From Tubulanus polymorphus (taxonomy: Eukaryota > Animalia > Nemertea): DNA of 64,000 nt. Location of the stretch: NCBI RefSeq assembly GCF_964204645.1, contig NC_134031.1:2232001-2296000 (forward strand), given 5' to 3'. Under the pieces are notes generated by a model. That model was not told where the DNA came from. It did no database searches and saw only the letters and a list, made by a program, of their open reading frames with translations. Below, piece by piece: positions 13,501 to 27,330 of the stretch. The position numbers and the translations under genes were made by a program. Each line of letters opens with the position of its first letter. The first letter of the stretch is position 1.

Positions 13501-14836
13501 TTACGCAACCCGGTCTTTTCCTGGGTCCAGACTTTTACAGGTGTTCTACAGTGATATTGCTGGATTCCAGAAGTTAGATTGGATATAAATTGAATGCAGT
13601 CCGATGCTGGCTACGTAGGGGAAAATAACGATAATCTGGTTTCTCTTGTCGTCCTTGGATTTAGCATAACGACTACAAGCAACAACAACGCAATCACGCC
13701 GATCATCCCTTCTTGACAGTAATTGCTATCGTTTGACCATCGAAACCGTTAGGTTTTTCTAAATCCATTATTGATCGTCCCGCTGTAAGCAAATTGGATT
13801 TGGCAATGACTTAGTTGCGTGTTTATCAATACGTAGAGATGTCGATGGAGTGGGAGACAACAGCTCGTGACTGATGCACAGCCGAGATTGAACACTTATT
13901 TGCCGACATCTGGTAAATATGTAAGGAAGTCAAGTACTGCGTACACTGTACTCAATGTACTTTATTTAACAAGTGTCATCTGGACCGGGACCATGTTGAA
14001 TATGAATTTCAAACCGAATTTGAATTTTGAAGAAAAAGGACTTTTAACGTAGTTGTTTTTGCACACACAATTAGAATTTGCTTTGTTAATGTCTTTCTTA
14101 TTTATTACAAAATTTTTGTTCCCCGATCCGCTGGTGCTGTTCAGTGGTGCCATATATCATATCTTAACTATCTCCTGTAGCCACATAAACTTTAAAAATC
14201 CACTGAGCCCAAAAAAAATTGGCAGAGGCCCTAAAACTGCTGGAAGTGTGGTTTCAAATATTGTCTGGAGTAGATTAAAATCCGGATTAAGCGGGATTGA
14301 ATGTAGTTGATAAAATCCTTCGAGTTCGAAAATCAACAACGAGATACGAGTCACTTTCCGTAAATAATCTGTTTTATTATATTAATGTTTATATCATCTA
14401 AAGCATTATTTGTACAGAATTTACAAAAATCAACACCGCAATCTCCCAAAAACAGATATAAGTGACGTCAAATGCATGACAAACAAAACTGTTTTCTAAT
14501 TACATTAACAAATTGAAATAGCAGAGAACAGCCACATCTAAATCACGATCTATCCATGCTGCTTTTATCATTATTGAAAACATTTCAAAATAAGTGATTT
14601 TAATATGAAATAGTTCTTTGATGGGCTTACATTGACAAAGTTAAAACTTCAGAAGCGCAATTTCCTTTTTAAGTTTATCATTTACTAGATGAAAATTGCT
14701 TTTATGAAAATTACATACTAGATATAGACTTCATTTGAGAGGAATGAAATTTCTAATCAATTTAAACTCTGTTCTGTTCCCACGTTGTGTAAACTTTTCG
14801 CTCCACATTTAATCGAATTGAATTCTGAATTAATTT

Positions 14837-17800
14837 TCAATTTAACCAATCGAGGTCGTCATCATCATCATCACCGAAAAGTGGAGGCGGCGGCGGCTGT
14901 GGACGTCCATCCTTAAATCAAAAATAAAAGATAATGTAAATCAAAATCAAATTTTTTACAATCTTTTGCATTAAAATTTCGAAACTGTGAATAATCTTAA
15001 CATCAGACTATTGTTAACAACAGCAGGAAACTACAGCCTGCAATAGCAAAACTTGCCCATGATTACAAGAAGCAAATGCATCTATAAAATTGATGAACTC
15101 AAATTACAAAATGAAAGACTTTAATAAAGGGGAGCACAAAAGACATATTCACATAGACATACATGCTTCTAAACGTAAAACCGAAAGAACATTCAGCCGA
15201 AAGGGACACTTTTCAATTCTTAGAATTTTTCATTTCAATCTCATGCCAGAACGCATTTAATTGATCTAATAAAATCTTACATCTGAATCGACGTCGTTTG
15301 TTGAGGTTTTCAGTTTTTTATCGTCGATAGCAGACGGTTTTTTCTTTGTTGTTGTTGTTGCCTGCCCGACACCGAACGGATCATGATCATCATCAATATC
15401 TCCAAACAACGGCCTGAAACAAACATCAAAACTGATCGTCATTTCTCATTTCAATTTATTTATTCAAGGCCTAGCTCTTACTGAGGGTATTTTGAAGACT
15501 TATGGGGTACCACACTTCACCCACGTCTCTTTTCCATCTATAGCATTTGAGATACACGTGCTAAGCTAGTTTTCATGATGTTCAGGTATAAGTTTAGCTG
15601 CGCAAAATGTCTTAACATTGCTCAGCAAATAGTAGTGCGTTTAGCTGAACAAATCGAACATATCGATCAGCATATGGAGTTGAGATAAGCTGAGCAAAAA
15701 GTGTGACCTATTGCTCAGCAGGCAGAAGTGAGTTAAGCTGAAGAAAGCTGAGCAGATTTCTTTTTCACGTTCAGTACTGAGTAAAGGTAAATTTCAAAAC
15801 TGTCACAAACTTTGAAACTCTGTTGCAATTTCAACTCACTCGTCGTCTTGCGTTTCCAGTTTCTCAACTTCGTTCTTCTTTTTCGAGTCGTTATCGTTCG
15901 AATATTTCAATTCGGTAAATAACGGATCGCCGCCCATCACAGAGGACGTTAGATCATCATCATCAGCGCCAACGGCGGACGTTACTTCGTTATCCTTCTC
16001 CTTCTCCTCCCTCGCTGCTGTTTCATCTACGTGGTTACTCTTCACTAAATCTGGTTCTAAAATTAGACAAAAATGTTTTCAGAGAAAAGAACCTCCAAAA
16101 TTAGTTAAAATTAACTTTTCCAATGTTTTTACACCTAGTCAAATTTTGACGGAGAACTGTAGAAATGTGTTGTTTTTTAACTTTAACCCGGGGACTATTT
16201 CATTTCATCATCAATTGAATTGATCTCACACCCTTGTAATTAACATACCAAATATCGAACCCAGTTTAAAACCCAGTAGTTTTAGCCTTTAACTCTTGAC
16301 CAAATCTATCGAGGAAAATGATAAAGGACCGAACTGGACTGCGGGTAGAATAATTTAGCCCGATTCAATATCATCTTACCTCCGTGATTCATATCATCAG
16401 GGATGGATTTGACGTCTTCGTCGTTGAGTTCGGGAAGGTCAGGCGGTGCCTCCCTCCACGGTTCCTCGCCATCGGAATCGGCCGGGTCAGTTCGGGTCGG
16501 AACGGTCAACGCTTCACGTAAAACGGCCTCAGTTGCTGAAATAGAGACAGCGCAACTATAGGAGCAGGGAACAGGGTTAGGTGAATCCGCAAATGACAAT
16601 AGTTAAGCGTCAGAAAACTAGTAGACCATTGGAAACCGTCAGGACCCTTTTCAAAAGTGTTTACTTTGCCTCTGGAAGTTAAAACTCGGCCATTTCCAAT
16701 GTTTTAACCCCTTAAGTCAAATCCGAATTGACAACTACAAGTATGGAACTGGGTCTAGAAGAACTTTACCTTTCATAGCTTCCTCATTATTTTGACTTGA
16801 CTTCTGTTCCTCATTTTTCGTCTCAGTTTCGACATCTTTTTCTGCCGATGTTTCGGTTACATCCGCAAAATCCTCCGTACCGCTAGTAGTTTGTTCCTGC
16901 GCCGGCGGACTTTCGACTGGAACCGCCGGTTTTTCCATCTCCTGCGATGAAATTTCGACTATCTCTGGAATGTCATCGGGAACATCGTCGACTACCGCAT
17001 CGTTTTCATCCGATTCGGGAATCTCTTCGCGCGTTTCGATGTTATTTTCCTGCGGCAGACTGACTAAATCTACTGTTGTGATATCACTCTGCTGCTGCTG
17101 TTGGACTCCGCTCAAAACTTCTGGCAGAGTCGAATTCTGACTCACTAAAACGTCGGGTATCGCGTCTCTCGGAGCGCTTTCAACGATATCCGGAGCGACC
17201 TCTACTATTGACGGCTGCTTGGTGAATGATATCGGAATGGATGAATCGTTTGAAGGAATGTCTGCAGACGGATTGTCGTCTGCTATAGCACCGTTTAGTG
17301 AAAGTTCATTAACCGCTGCTCGAGTCTCGTTCTGCGGAACGTTAGATATTCGCGGCTCTGGTTCTCGCTCTTCCTCTCTTTCAGACTCGCTCTCATCTTC
17401 GTCGGCAGATGCTTCTTCCTCTTCTTCTTCCTCTTCCTCGCTTTCCTCCTCACTTTCTTCTTCCGGTTGTACTACGATCGTCGATGGATCTTCGCCGTTC
17501 ACTAGTTTTAGAGTGACCTCCTGAAAAAGAGCAGATCCTGAATTGATGAGAGACCAGTAAATGACAGACTGACTGAAACCAAAGTACGACACATACCTTA
17601 ATAGTATTGAGAAGGACCTGTATTATTCTAGCGCCAGAATACCTTCTATCAGCGGGGAATCGAGCTCTCAGTTGATAGAATACTGTATTCATTATCTTCT
17701 TAACCTGCAACATCATAAAACACATAGATATCATAGACTTGTTGGCAAAACAGGGTTCTTAAAGATCCGGGAGTCAAACATTCCCTGGTATTTCCAGATT

Positions 17801-20800
17801 TCCCTGGACCCTTGAGAATGTGGATCATGAAAGGATTCAACAATTACCTCTGCAATGAGAATATCTCTATTGAGCTCTGGAGCGACTGGAGTTGGAGCAG
17901 GAGGTGGAGCTGCACTCGCCGCCTCCGCTTTATGGATAGCGTCATCGCGTTGTTCAACCGCTTCATCTCTCTGCTCAATCAACTGATTGATTCGATCTTC
18001 GTAACGTTTTTTCATCGTAGCTGCTTGACCTCGTAGATTATCATACTGTAAACAACAACAGATTACAGTATTTACTCAACAGTGTATTCAACTGAACGGT
18101 TTTATAGGAAACTGCCTACAAGTCATCACCCTAGCAGAAATTTAGCAATAAGGGTTGAAAGCATAGACAATCATCATTACTTTGAGATATTACTACAATT
18201 GTTTGATAACATTCAATGAATGGTGAATAGAATACAGACACAATGAACATGTTGATGCATGGAATACAGACAGTTCAAGCAGGGGTAGGGTTAAGGATTA
18301 AGAATTAAGAATGATCATTGCATTGTTCCTAATTTCCAGAACTTATGATTACGGCTAATGACATCTGTACGATCCATTTATTTGAAAAATCTCAGTTTCA
18401 ACATGATCATTAGGTAAAATTTCTCTGATTCTATCTCGTGAATCAGCTATGAGAAATCGATCATCTCCTCTATTGATCTGGGGTCGGGATGAGGTTTGTT
18501 TTATACCTTATCCTTCCACATTTTGAATTCATCGACCTGACCTTGTAAGTCGGAGACGTGGCGTATACTTTCAGAACGATGTGCTTTCATACCACCCAAC
18601 TATATACAACATGCAACATGCAACCAGTGATGAAAGAAACACTATGTGTAAGAAATCTATCTAAGTTTTTTCACCATAAGAATATTGAAATATTTTGTGG
18701 AATATTGTTGCCAGTTCTTTTTCAACGCTGAATACGAGCTGTAAACTGGATCTTAACTTATGTCTTTACCTTCTCTTCCATATCTTTGTATTTCTGACTG
18801 ATTTGTTCTTTCTCTTCGATGAGTTCTTTAATCGCTCGCGAGTGTTTATCGTCTAAACTCGTCTGCAGCCGGTCGTATTTACTCTGCCATTCGGCGTTCA
18901 ATTCCTGTTCGATTTGCGACACCTTAGAAAAACGAAAAATCTGAACATAACTCGAATCATTTCTCAAAAACGGAATGATATCGATTTGGAGTTGAATGTT
19001 AAACCCACAATGAAAAACTGAATAGTTTTAAACCATCGAAAATTTGCAAATCTGTCTCCAACTCCAAATTTTGTTTATGATATCTTCTAGTATTGAGGTA
19101 AAGTTAAAGATCGAAATTTCAAAGTGACCTTTGAGGTATGAAAAATTCGTAAAAAATAAACAAACATTTATAGGGCAGCTTTTTTCATTGAATATTTTCT
19201 GTAAAATAATATCTTTTCTCGAGTGATACTTTAACTAGTTGTTATTTACGCACCTGTTCAGAAACCGTGGAATCGGTTTGAGTTTTATGATGTTTCAGTT
19301 TGTTTCTCAAAGTATGAAGTTCGGCCTAAAGAAAACCATACATCTAATACAAACACTTATAACTGTTTTACTTAACTAGATACATGCATCAAACATGTAC
19401 ATGTAACATGCACATGTAGAGTTAGACATGAACATGTTACCTCGTGTTGCGTCTTCTGCTCCTCGAGATCTTCCTCGAAACGTTTCTTTTCTTCCACTGA
19501 TTTCTTCTTTCTCTCTGCCAAATTCTGGATGACAAAAATATCAAAACAAAATGAAAATTGAACGACGAAATTCCCCAATTCAAAAGTCGAGAGTCAAATT
19601 AACGCTTTACCTTTTCGAGAGTGGTGTTCGTTGTTTTCAAATCGGTCATCTCCTCTTGCAGCGTCGTTAATTGCGCTTCGACCGATTTACGCGTTAGTTT
19701 TTCGTCGCGTAACGTTTTCAACTGTTCTCCCAGCTTCGATTCTGATTCTGAAAATCGCAATTATCATCACATTTCACAAGTAAACGAATCGATATGATCG
19801 TAATCTTACAATTTTCGATAACGGAAATATAATTTTACGGTAAAGTACATGAACTGCGTCTCTGAGTTCTTGAGTTAAGAAATAGAATACGGGTTAGGGA
19901 AAGGGCAGGTAATGGTTAAGATAAAGGGGGTAAGTCAAGCATAAGGGGAAGGCTTATAGGATTGTTCCACAGGGTAAGGATATGATTAGGGGGTAGCAAG
20001 ATTAGAATAAGTCAGTAAGTTAAGGATAACGGTAGGTTATAATAAGGGTGCGTTTTAGGACAAGGAGTAGGTTTAGGGCAAGGGAAAGGATTAAGATAAC
20101 TGAAGTATAATGGTAAGCATTGAAAATAGGTGGGAAGATTAGATCGAGGATGGTTAGGATTTTTTATTTTTAACCATTGAAATTTTATTATAAACATAAC
20201 ATTAACAATATACAATGGACAACCACAAATCGTCCGGGGATGGTTAGGATAAGGGTTAGGTTTAGGATAAGGGTGTATTGAACGTACCGGCTATCTGTAA
20301 ACGTAATCGAGTTAGTTCCTCATTACTGCCTTCTTTACTCGTCAGCGTATCGTGCAACTGTTGTTTGATTTCCGAATTTTTCAATTTCATATCGCGTATT
20401 TCCAGCTGAAGATTGCTGACCTGTCCGGTCATATCGGCGAGCTGACTCGCCAGGGACACCTTCTCTTGCTCGAGCTGTAGAACGCGGCTGTGCGTCTGCG
20501 TTGTTGATAAATTCATCGATTGATGCCGATCCTCTAAATCTTTATTACTCCTTTCTACGTAACTATAAGCGAGAAATAATCTTTTAACCTTAACACGCGA
20601 ACACACAAAGTAGTCGCCTGGTTGCCGTCTTTAAATGCTAACCTTTGATTTCGCGATAATAATTCAGTTATTTTGTCGTTTTGTTGTTCAATTTTCTGGC
20701 TTTTTTCGAAGAGGTCTTTCTTTAGTCGGTCGTTATCCTGAATGATGCGCTGTAGATTCTGGAACAACATGGCCGTCTCCATGTTCGGCATATTATTGTG

Positions 20801-23800
20801 TACGGATGCTTGGCTCATTGTGTGCGTGTGAAGGCTATCGACCTGTAGACAAAAATATAAATGTAACGTCATTTGTTTATTCGAAATGAAGCTCCAACAT
20901 TTATAGACAGCATTTTGAAATACAACCTTATCCATAATTCTATCTAATTTATCAGTGACTTTGCTGATCGACAATCGAACTTCAGTATTCTGTTGTAATA
21001 GCACGGGTAGATGTGTCTCAGACGCCGTCGATGTCGTAGGTGGCGCCACTGTACTGGTAGCGGGCGGAGCTGCAGCTGAAATAGTCCAAATGTGCTGGAT
21101 TACTGGTAGTAAAGTAGCATTTCGCAACAAATTTATTTCACGGGAAAAAACTCAGCATCGAACCAAGATGCTACCTTAATCTAGTAAAAGTTCATTAACA
21201 TGTATAAAGGAACTTACCGGGGGCCTGTGTTTGATAATACTGCGGAATTTGTGGATTCTGAATGAATGGTTGAACAGGAGGCTGATAGACTGCTAGTGAT
21301 GCTGATGGAGGCTGCATGGCTAGAGAAATAACAAAATATTAGAGTCGATCTCAACCAACAGCACTGAGTGCCAGTCAGGGTAGCTGAGGTGGTAACAGGT
21401 GATAGACTCTTCTTTTTTTTTCTAAATTTTTTTTTTTAACACCCTCAACCTGCTAAGCGCCATGCAGGGCATTATAAGCAGGTTTCGATGTTTCTTTTTC
21501 CCAATGGGGGAGAGACCAGAGAAGAACCTTCCACCAAGAAACTCTGTCGCCACCAGGGTTTGAGCCCAATAACCTTGGATTGACGAGACCAGTGACCGGC
21601 GGCTTAAACCATTCGGCCACTGCGCCTCTCCTAGGTGATAGACTCGACCTACCCCTACACAGTCAAACTTCACAGAGAACAATGAAACCAGGTCGTGATG
21701 ATTTGGTGTTTAAACGTACCTTGCATAGGATTTGTCATTAAAGTCGGTGCGAAGATGTTCGGTTGTTGTTGCAATTGATGTTGTTGCAATTGATGTTGTT
21801 GTAACTGATGTTGTTGTAGCTGATGTTGTTGTTGTTGAATGATTGGAATCTGCTGCGTGACGACAGCTGGATGAGGATGGACCGGCGCCGCGTGGACCGG
21901 TTTGTGAGCGATGTGAGGTTTCGGAGGCGCGGTCGCCACAGGAACCGCCTCCGCGGTCGGGTGATGCTGAAAATAGGTTGAGCTACGCCTAATAAGGTAA
22001 TAAAAATTCCTGGTTCCATCTGTACTGATTTACGCGTAGTCTAAAATATCTAATTGCTTATTTTTCAAAATTTAAGGAGTTTCTGGCATTTTCTTAAACT
22101 TAAAACGAACCTTTAGAAGCATTTTCTGTTTAGGAGTTTTTAAGAAATCAAAGAGTTTAGTTAACGGAAATTACTACTGTACCTGTTCATCGTGTACAGC
22201 AGTTGTTACGTCCTCTTCATCTTCACCAGACGGTAAACTCTGAGTAGGTAACATCGCTTGACCCATCTTCGCGATTTTTGTAATCAATTTAGCTTTTTCC
22301 GATTTCGGTGACTGTTTGAATGAAAATGAAGAACAGCGTTCTTCAGATGTAACTTATGCCATACATAGATAAATATCGGTACATCTTTAAAGCATTAAAA
22401 ATTGATAAGCTGAAAAATTGAACTATTTCTTATTTGACTAAATTTCAGGACCCAGTTCCACAGTTCCACAGTTCCACAGTTCTGTGTTAAGATTTGACTC
22501 ATTGAAAATGAACTAATCTTAACTCAGAGTTAACTCTAACTCAGAACTGTGGAACTGGGTCCAGGGTTCTACCCAGATCGGGGACTCCTGTCCCTTCTCC
22601 CATTCTCAATGGGGATTGCCTTGTCTCAAGAGGTTCGTTGTGCCACTCGTCATCGGCAAGAATGAGACATCAAAAATTCAAATTCCCTGAGTTTTCAAGT
22701 TAAGAGATTTCAAAAGTTAAGCATTCCTGATATTTCCTGATCTGTAAGAACCCCCGAGTTCTCTACCGCAGTGTGGTTTCTGCTTTGTGACATGTTAATT
22801 CATCACGCGCTGAAAATCATCAGCTTCAAAAGCTGTGTAAAAGGCAGATAATATCATCGCAAAACGATACATACCTGGGATAGATGATCGGATAGTGATC
22901 GCGATCGTGTTTTCACATCGTCCGAGGCTGATTCCGGTTCTATGTCGACCGGAGGCGTTTCGGGAGCTGGGGAAGACTGCGATGAACTTTCCGGCGATTC
23001 TTTCTCTTTTAACAGTTTTACCTGAAAATCACGCGAATTATGAGCAAACCCGCGAACCGGCGCGCGTACACCCGACAAACTCAACTCACCCGAACAACTT
23101 CTATTTCAAATATAAGCGTGGCATTCGGCGGTACTCGATTACCGGCTCCTTTAGATCCGTACGCTAAATTCGAAGGAACGATCAACAAACGTTTACTGTT
23201 TTTACTCATACCTACAACTCCTTCATCCCAGCCCTGAAAATACAGATAACAAATATTCGACAATTAGATCTCAATGTCTCGCGCTAGCATTACTTCTAGT
23301 TTCATGGGTGGATATTAATATAGGTCCAACACAATATTTCGTATGAATCCCACATTGTTAACCCTTTCAGTGTGTCTACACCGCAGTCCGGTGTACGAAT
23401 CGGTGATAGATTTTGCTAGTACACCGCACTGCGGTGTATTGTTGTAATTAGTATTTATCTCTATTGAAAGATGGCAGTACATGTCAAACACAGTGAAATA
23501 TTAGTAACTAATGATACACTGCGCTGCGGTGTAGACGCACTATAGTGGTATTCCCGTTATTCAACACACTAGAAGGGAATTTTTCGAAATTTTTAAATTA
23601 TCTCCAGCACTAGGCCTATAGGGAATTGATAAGTCAGTACTGAAAGGGTTAATGGATTTATTTACGTTATTTGTATCACACTAAAACCATAGGGATTAGC
23701 GCAAAAAGGGTTTAAGTCTCAAGACATGTTTTCTTCCTCCGGTAAAAGGTATTTATTCATATTCGAAGCACTTTCGGAGCTAGGACCGTTATTAGATCGG

Positions 23801-26019
23801 AACTTGCGTACGTACCCGAATAACCTTTCCTTTTCCGACGCGGAATCGGAAAAGTTTATCAGAATTTGTGTTCGTGTCGAAAACGTCGCCGAATGTGAAG
23901 TTAACGAGCAGCCAGCCAGTGTAGCGTACTTCTACCGAATCGTCCCTCTCTAAACCGCCTCCTTCGCCGAGCGTTAAATCTTGACCGATCAACGATGAAT
24001 TATTACTGAAACTCGCTTTACATAAAGCAACCTAAAAAGCGTGGATCAAACGAAGTGAATTAGGACTCGCGATATCGAAAATTTTAAAACGAAAAATCTC
24101 GTGATCTTCTACACAGAGAATACACCAGTCAATGTAAATATTTTACACTGATATTTGGGTAAAACATCTCTACCGATCTTTAGAGATTTATTTGAAATGA
24201 ATCGCTCTGTTTCTCTGTGAAATACATTTCATTTTTTTTTTATAAATCTCTGGGTAGAAGCGTGTCACAGCCACTTTCCACCCATTTACAAATACCCTAA
24301 GTTTTCCATATATGATTACACAAAAACCTTCGAGTGAATCAGAGAAATTTATAGACCTAAAATGTTACAATTCATTCATTTTTCATTGAATCACGTCCTG
24401 ATAAAGAAACATGCCGTCAATAGCGTTATCTGAGTTATCCAGGTTTTTGGTACAATTTGTAAAATTTCCCGACTTTTCCCTGATTAGTTTTAGATTTTTC
24501 TGATTTCGGGAGTTTTCCAAATTTTCCAGTTCAGTGTCCACCATGTGTTATTAAATCTTCAATGTTGAGGGTCTTTTGATGAATCAAATGACATCAGTTA
24601 TATCTACCATCCTTGATTATCAGTCAAAAAGCCATCAGTCACGAAGAGTTACCTGTTTGAGAAAGTCCGAGATATTCTGCTCCGAGGGGAACATCAGCGA
24701 CCAGTTGACCTGTTTCTCATCGTAAAAGCTTAAATAATTATTTGGTTGCACCTGAAAAATACAGTCGACGAATTATGAAAATGACTATGATAATATTTAT
24801 AATATCTTGCTCACGATTCACGTTTGAAATGCAGCACTTACTGTGAGAGTAAGGTTGGAGGTTACTCTGGCATGCGTCAGTTGCTGTTGTTTGCTATAGT
24901 ACAACAGAATCTTGAACTGTGAAAAAACATTCATCAAATTCAGTGTACAAGCAATGGATTGAGACTAGCGAAAGATTGAACCCTTAGGGCGACCACTTTC
25001 CGCCAATTTACAAATTCCCCGATTTTTTCATGTTACAACACAAAATTCCAGAGTAAATCCAAGGTCAGTGGCCACCCTGCTTTTTATCAATTTGATTTTG
25101 ATGAAATTCATGTAGGCCTTAAATGAAATGAAAAGGTTGACTTACATCTTTTTCTTTATGATTAGCCAGAATGGCTGAACCAACTTGACCCTGACTCACG
25201 TAGGCACCATTCACTCTATAATACAGTAGAATAAGTTCCTAAATCTGGCAAATATAAAGCTATATATATATATATAAAGTAGCGACGATTGAAGTTTTAC
25301 TTACAGTTTATACGCATGAACTGCGCAAGCCTTCAATATTGCTGTCCCACCGGCAGCTTGCTCTGAAAATACCCATCATCAAAATAAGCATTTAATATCA
25401 CGCCAAATCGCGGAATTAATATTACAGCCAGACCCACTCTGCATTATGGTTTTCATATACCGTACCTTGTTTCTTTTTCGGTTGTTTTGGAGCGGTATAT
25501 GTCAATGATGCGTTGCCACTGGTGCTTGAAGCTTTGTCCATCCCGAACAACGAGTGCAGCTTAGACCTGAAAACATCAATCAAAGATATCGAGTTTCATC
25601 CATTGCAACAATTAAAATCATTACTTATACCCAAGATAACGATAAAAACATAGTTTTAAAATACAGATTTTGGCCTTAGACAAAGGGCTAATGATGATAT
25701 CGAGGATCTTTTACTTTTCTTTTAACTTTTCACATGTTTTTGGAGGAAAGACTACAGGGGCTCATAGATGAAGTTTGGGGCTGAAGTGTAGCTTAGATCA
25801 CCCAGTATCACGGGTCCTATTCACTCCTAACGTACAACTGGAAAGACAAGCCAACATCATCAGCTGATCATCAGAACAGCAAGAAGAAGGTCTGTCTTCA
25901 TTTTCCTTAATTTTATGGATGAAAATAAGTATGACAACTAGTTTTGTCGATATACCTCATTCTGCTACTTACCCGCCGGGTGATAGGAAGTCTTGATCGT
26001 CGTCGTCCCCTCCGAACAT
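14837..26019 (-). CDS. FKBP15: FK506-binding protein 15 (WASH/retromer-associated), ~26 exons
   Basis: First exon 26019-25973 encodes MFGGDDDDQDFLSPGG, followed by SKLHSLFG..YTAPKQPKK. The FKBP domain spans ~24031-23089 (VEVRYTGWL..FD..GKGKVIRGWDEGVVGM..LAYGSKG..VPPNATLIFEIEV). A coiled-coil region and a long acidic exon (~17520-16770) follow. The last exon 14911-14837 encodes DGRPQPPPPPLFGDDDDDDLDWLN*, matching the FKBP15 C-terminus. Confidence 0.95.
21410..21632 (-). mobile_element. tRNA-derived SINE in an FKBP15 intron
   Basis: On the minus strand: A-box TGGCCGAATGG, B-box-like GGCTCAAACC, and an A-rich tail. Flanked by the 13-bp direct repeat AGGTGATAGACTC (21397-21409 and 21633-21645), a TSD. 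Confidence 0.85.
22448..22562. mobile_element. MITE family B (TIR GGACCCAGTTCCACAGT)
   Basis: Terminal inverted repeats; a second copy lies at 50327-50436 in the opposite orientation. Confidence 0.8.
23362..23648. mobile_element. piggyBac-like MITE family A, copy 1
   Basis: TTAA|CCCTTTCAGT...ACTGAAAGGG|TTAA; homologous copies at 41302-41582 and 44249-44521. Confidence 0.88.
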
Positions 26020-27330
26020 GTTGTTTTAGCCCTGCTTTTTTATGTGTAGGGGGTGTTTTTCTACATGCCAAAAACGAATGCGGAAGTAAGTCATGAGACT
26101 GCCGTCAGCTGTCTCCATCTGGCGGCTTAGGTCATACTATTTGTCGAACGAAAACGTCGAGTAAAACTGAGAAGTTGAAATCGCGGATCTGGTCCAACAG
26201 TCTAACTCGCGGGTGTAACACCGGGCCGGGTCGGAGACAAGTGCATAAGGAAACTGCGCAAATGAAAAATGTCTGATAGCGATTGTTGATTGTTTTTCCA
26301 TTTTGTATTTAATTCGATCATCAAGTTCTTAAGAAGTGGGCCCTTAACACATCGTGACCTGGCTCAAAACTGCCGTCCAGCAAGGGCGGTGCCCGGGCTT
26401 GGGCACATTTTCACCGGCGCTAAAGGGCCAGTTCCTATTGAAAAAGGACAGATCTTTCTCAATTTTTTTTTCGATAACCTAAACTTAAACAACATTTCAC
26501 CTATAATTTCATTACGTTAAATCTAGCCTAGTGTGATTTATCTGCAAATATTCAACAAGTTAACCACTTAATACGGAATCATAATTTTTAACAATAGGGC
26601 CTACAGATGTTTAAAATTTTCCCCAAAATTTCCATATTTTGAAAAATAAAAACTTGACCTGAATTTTTTGACATTGAAAATTTTAGGAGTTCGTTCGCTT
26701 TCCGCCGAGTTCGTCGCGGGACTGGTACTGGATGGTGTGAGATAAAATGAACTTATAGAACAACATTTTTGTTTTTCTACACTTTTGTTTATTTCTCATC
26801 TTTTGAGAGCTAAATGTATTTGTATTTATTTATCTTAGTGATTTTCTGATATTGGATTGTATAGAAATAGAAAAATTACGTCCTCTTTCCGTCAGTTTTC
26901 AATCGAATAGTTTTGTAAATCGTATATATTTGAAAATAGACAAACCAAAATTCAAATAATCTGCTTCCGTTAAAAGAAAATCGACGAATCCTCCGAGAAA
27001 ATAATCATTCAGTTCGGACTCTCACTATCATTCGACTACGAATTCAATCGTAGTTGTTCATCTGCTCCTAGCCAGAAAACAGTCGACATTACAAATGAAA
27101 TCATTTGTCACTTGCAGCTAATCGATGATATTGATTCTATGTTTAGTGGAACGAAATCGTTCATTGAGGCTGGTTCTGAATACCACGACCGCGTGTGTCC
27201 TTCGTGAAAACAACCTGCACTGATATCTCGACACCAGTGTCAGAAACAATCAAATAACACTAGCATTTTCGACAAATAATCTTGTAACATATCTTTGAAT
27301 ATTAATTTTCTTTCTTTGGCTTACAGATAT

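Noticed and set aside
18100-18420. Intronic C/D snoRNA in FKBP15
   Set aside because: An ATGATGA is present on the sense strand, but there is no suitably placed CTGA box or terminal stem.
19880-20280. Interstitial telomere or G-quadruplex element in an FKBP15 intron
   Set aside because: Only degenerate GGTTAGG-like low-complexity sequence, with no run of TTAGGG units.
21540-21632. tRNA gene
   Set aside because: No convincing cloverleaf; it continues into a SINE body with tail and TSD.
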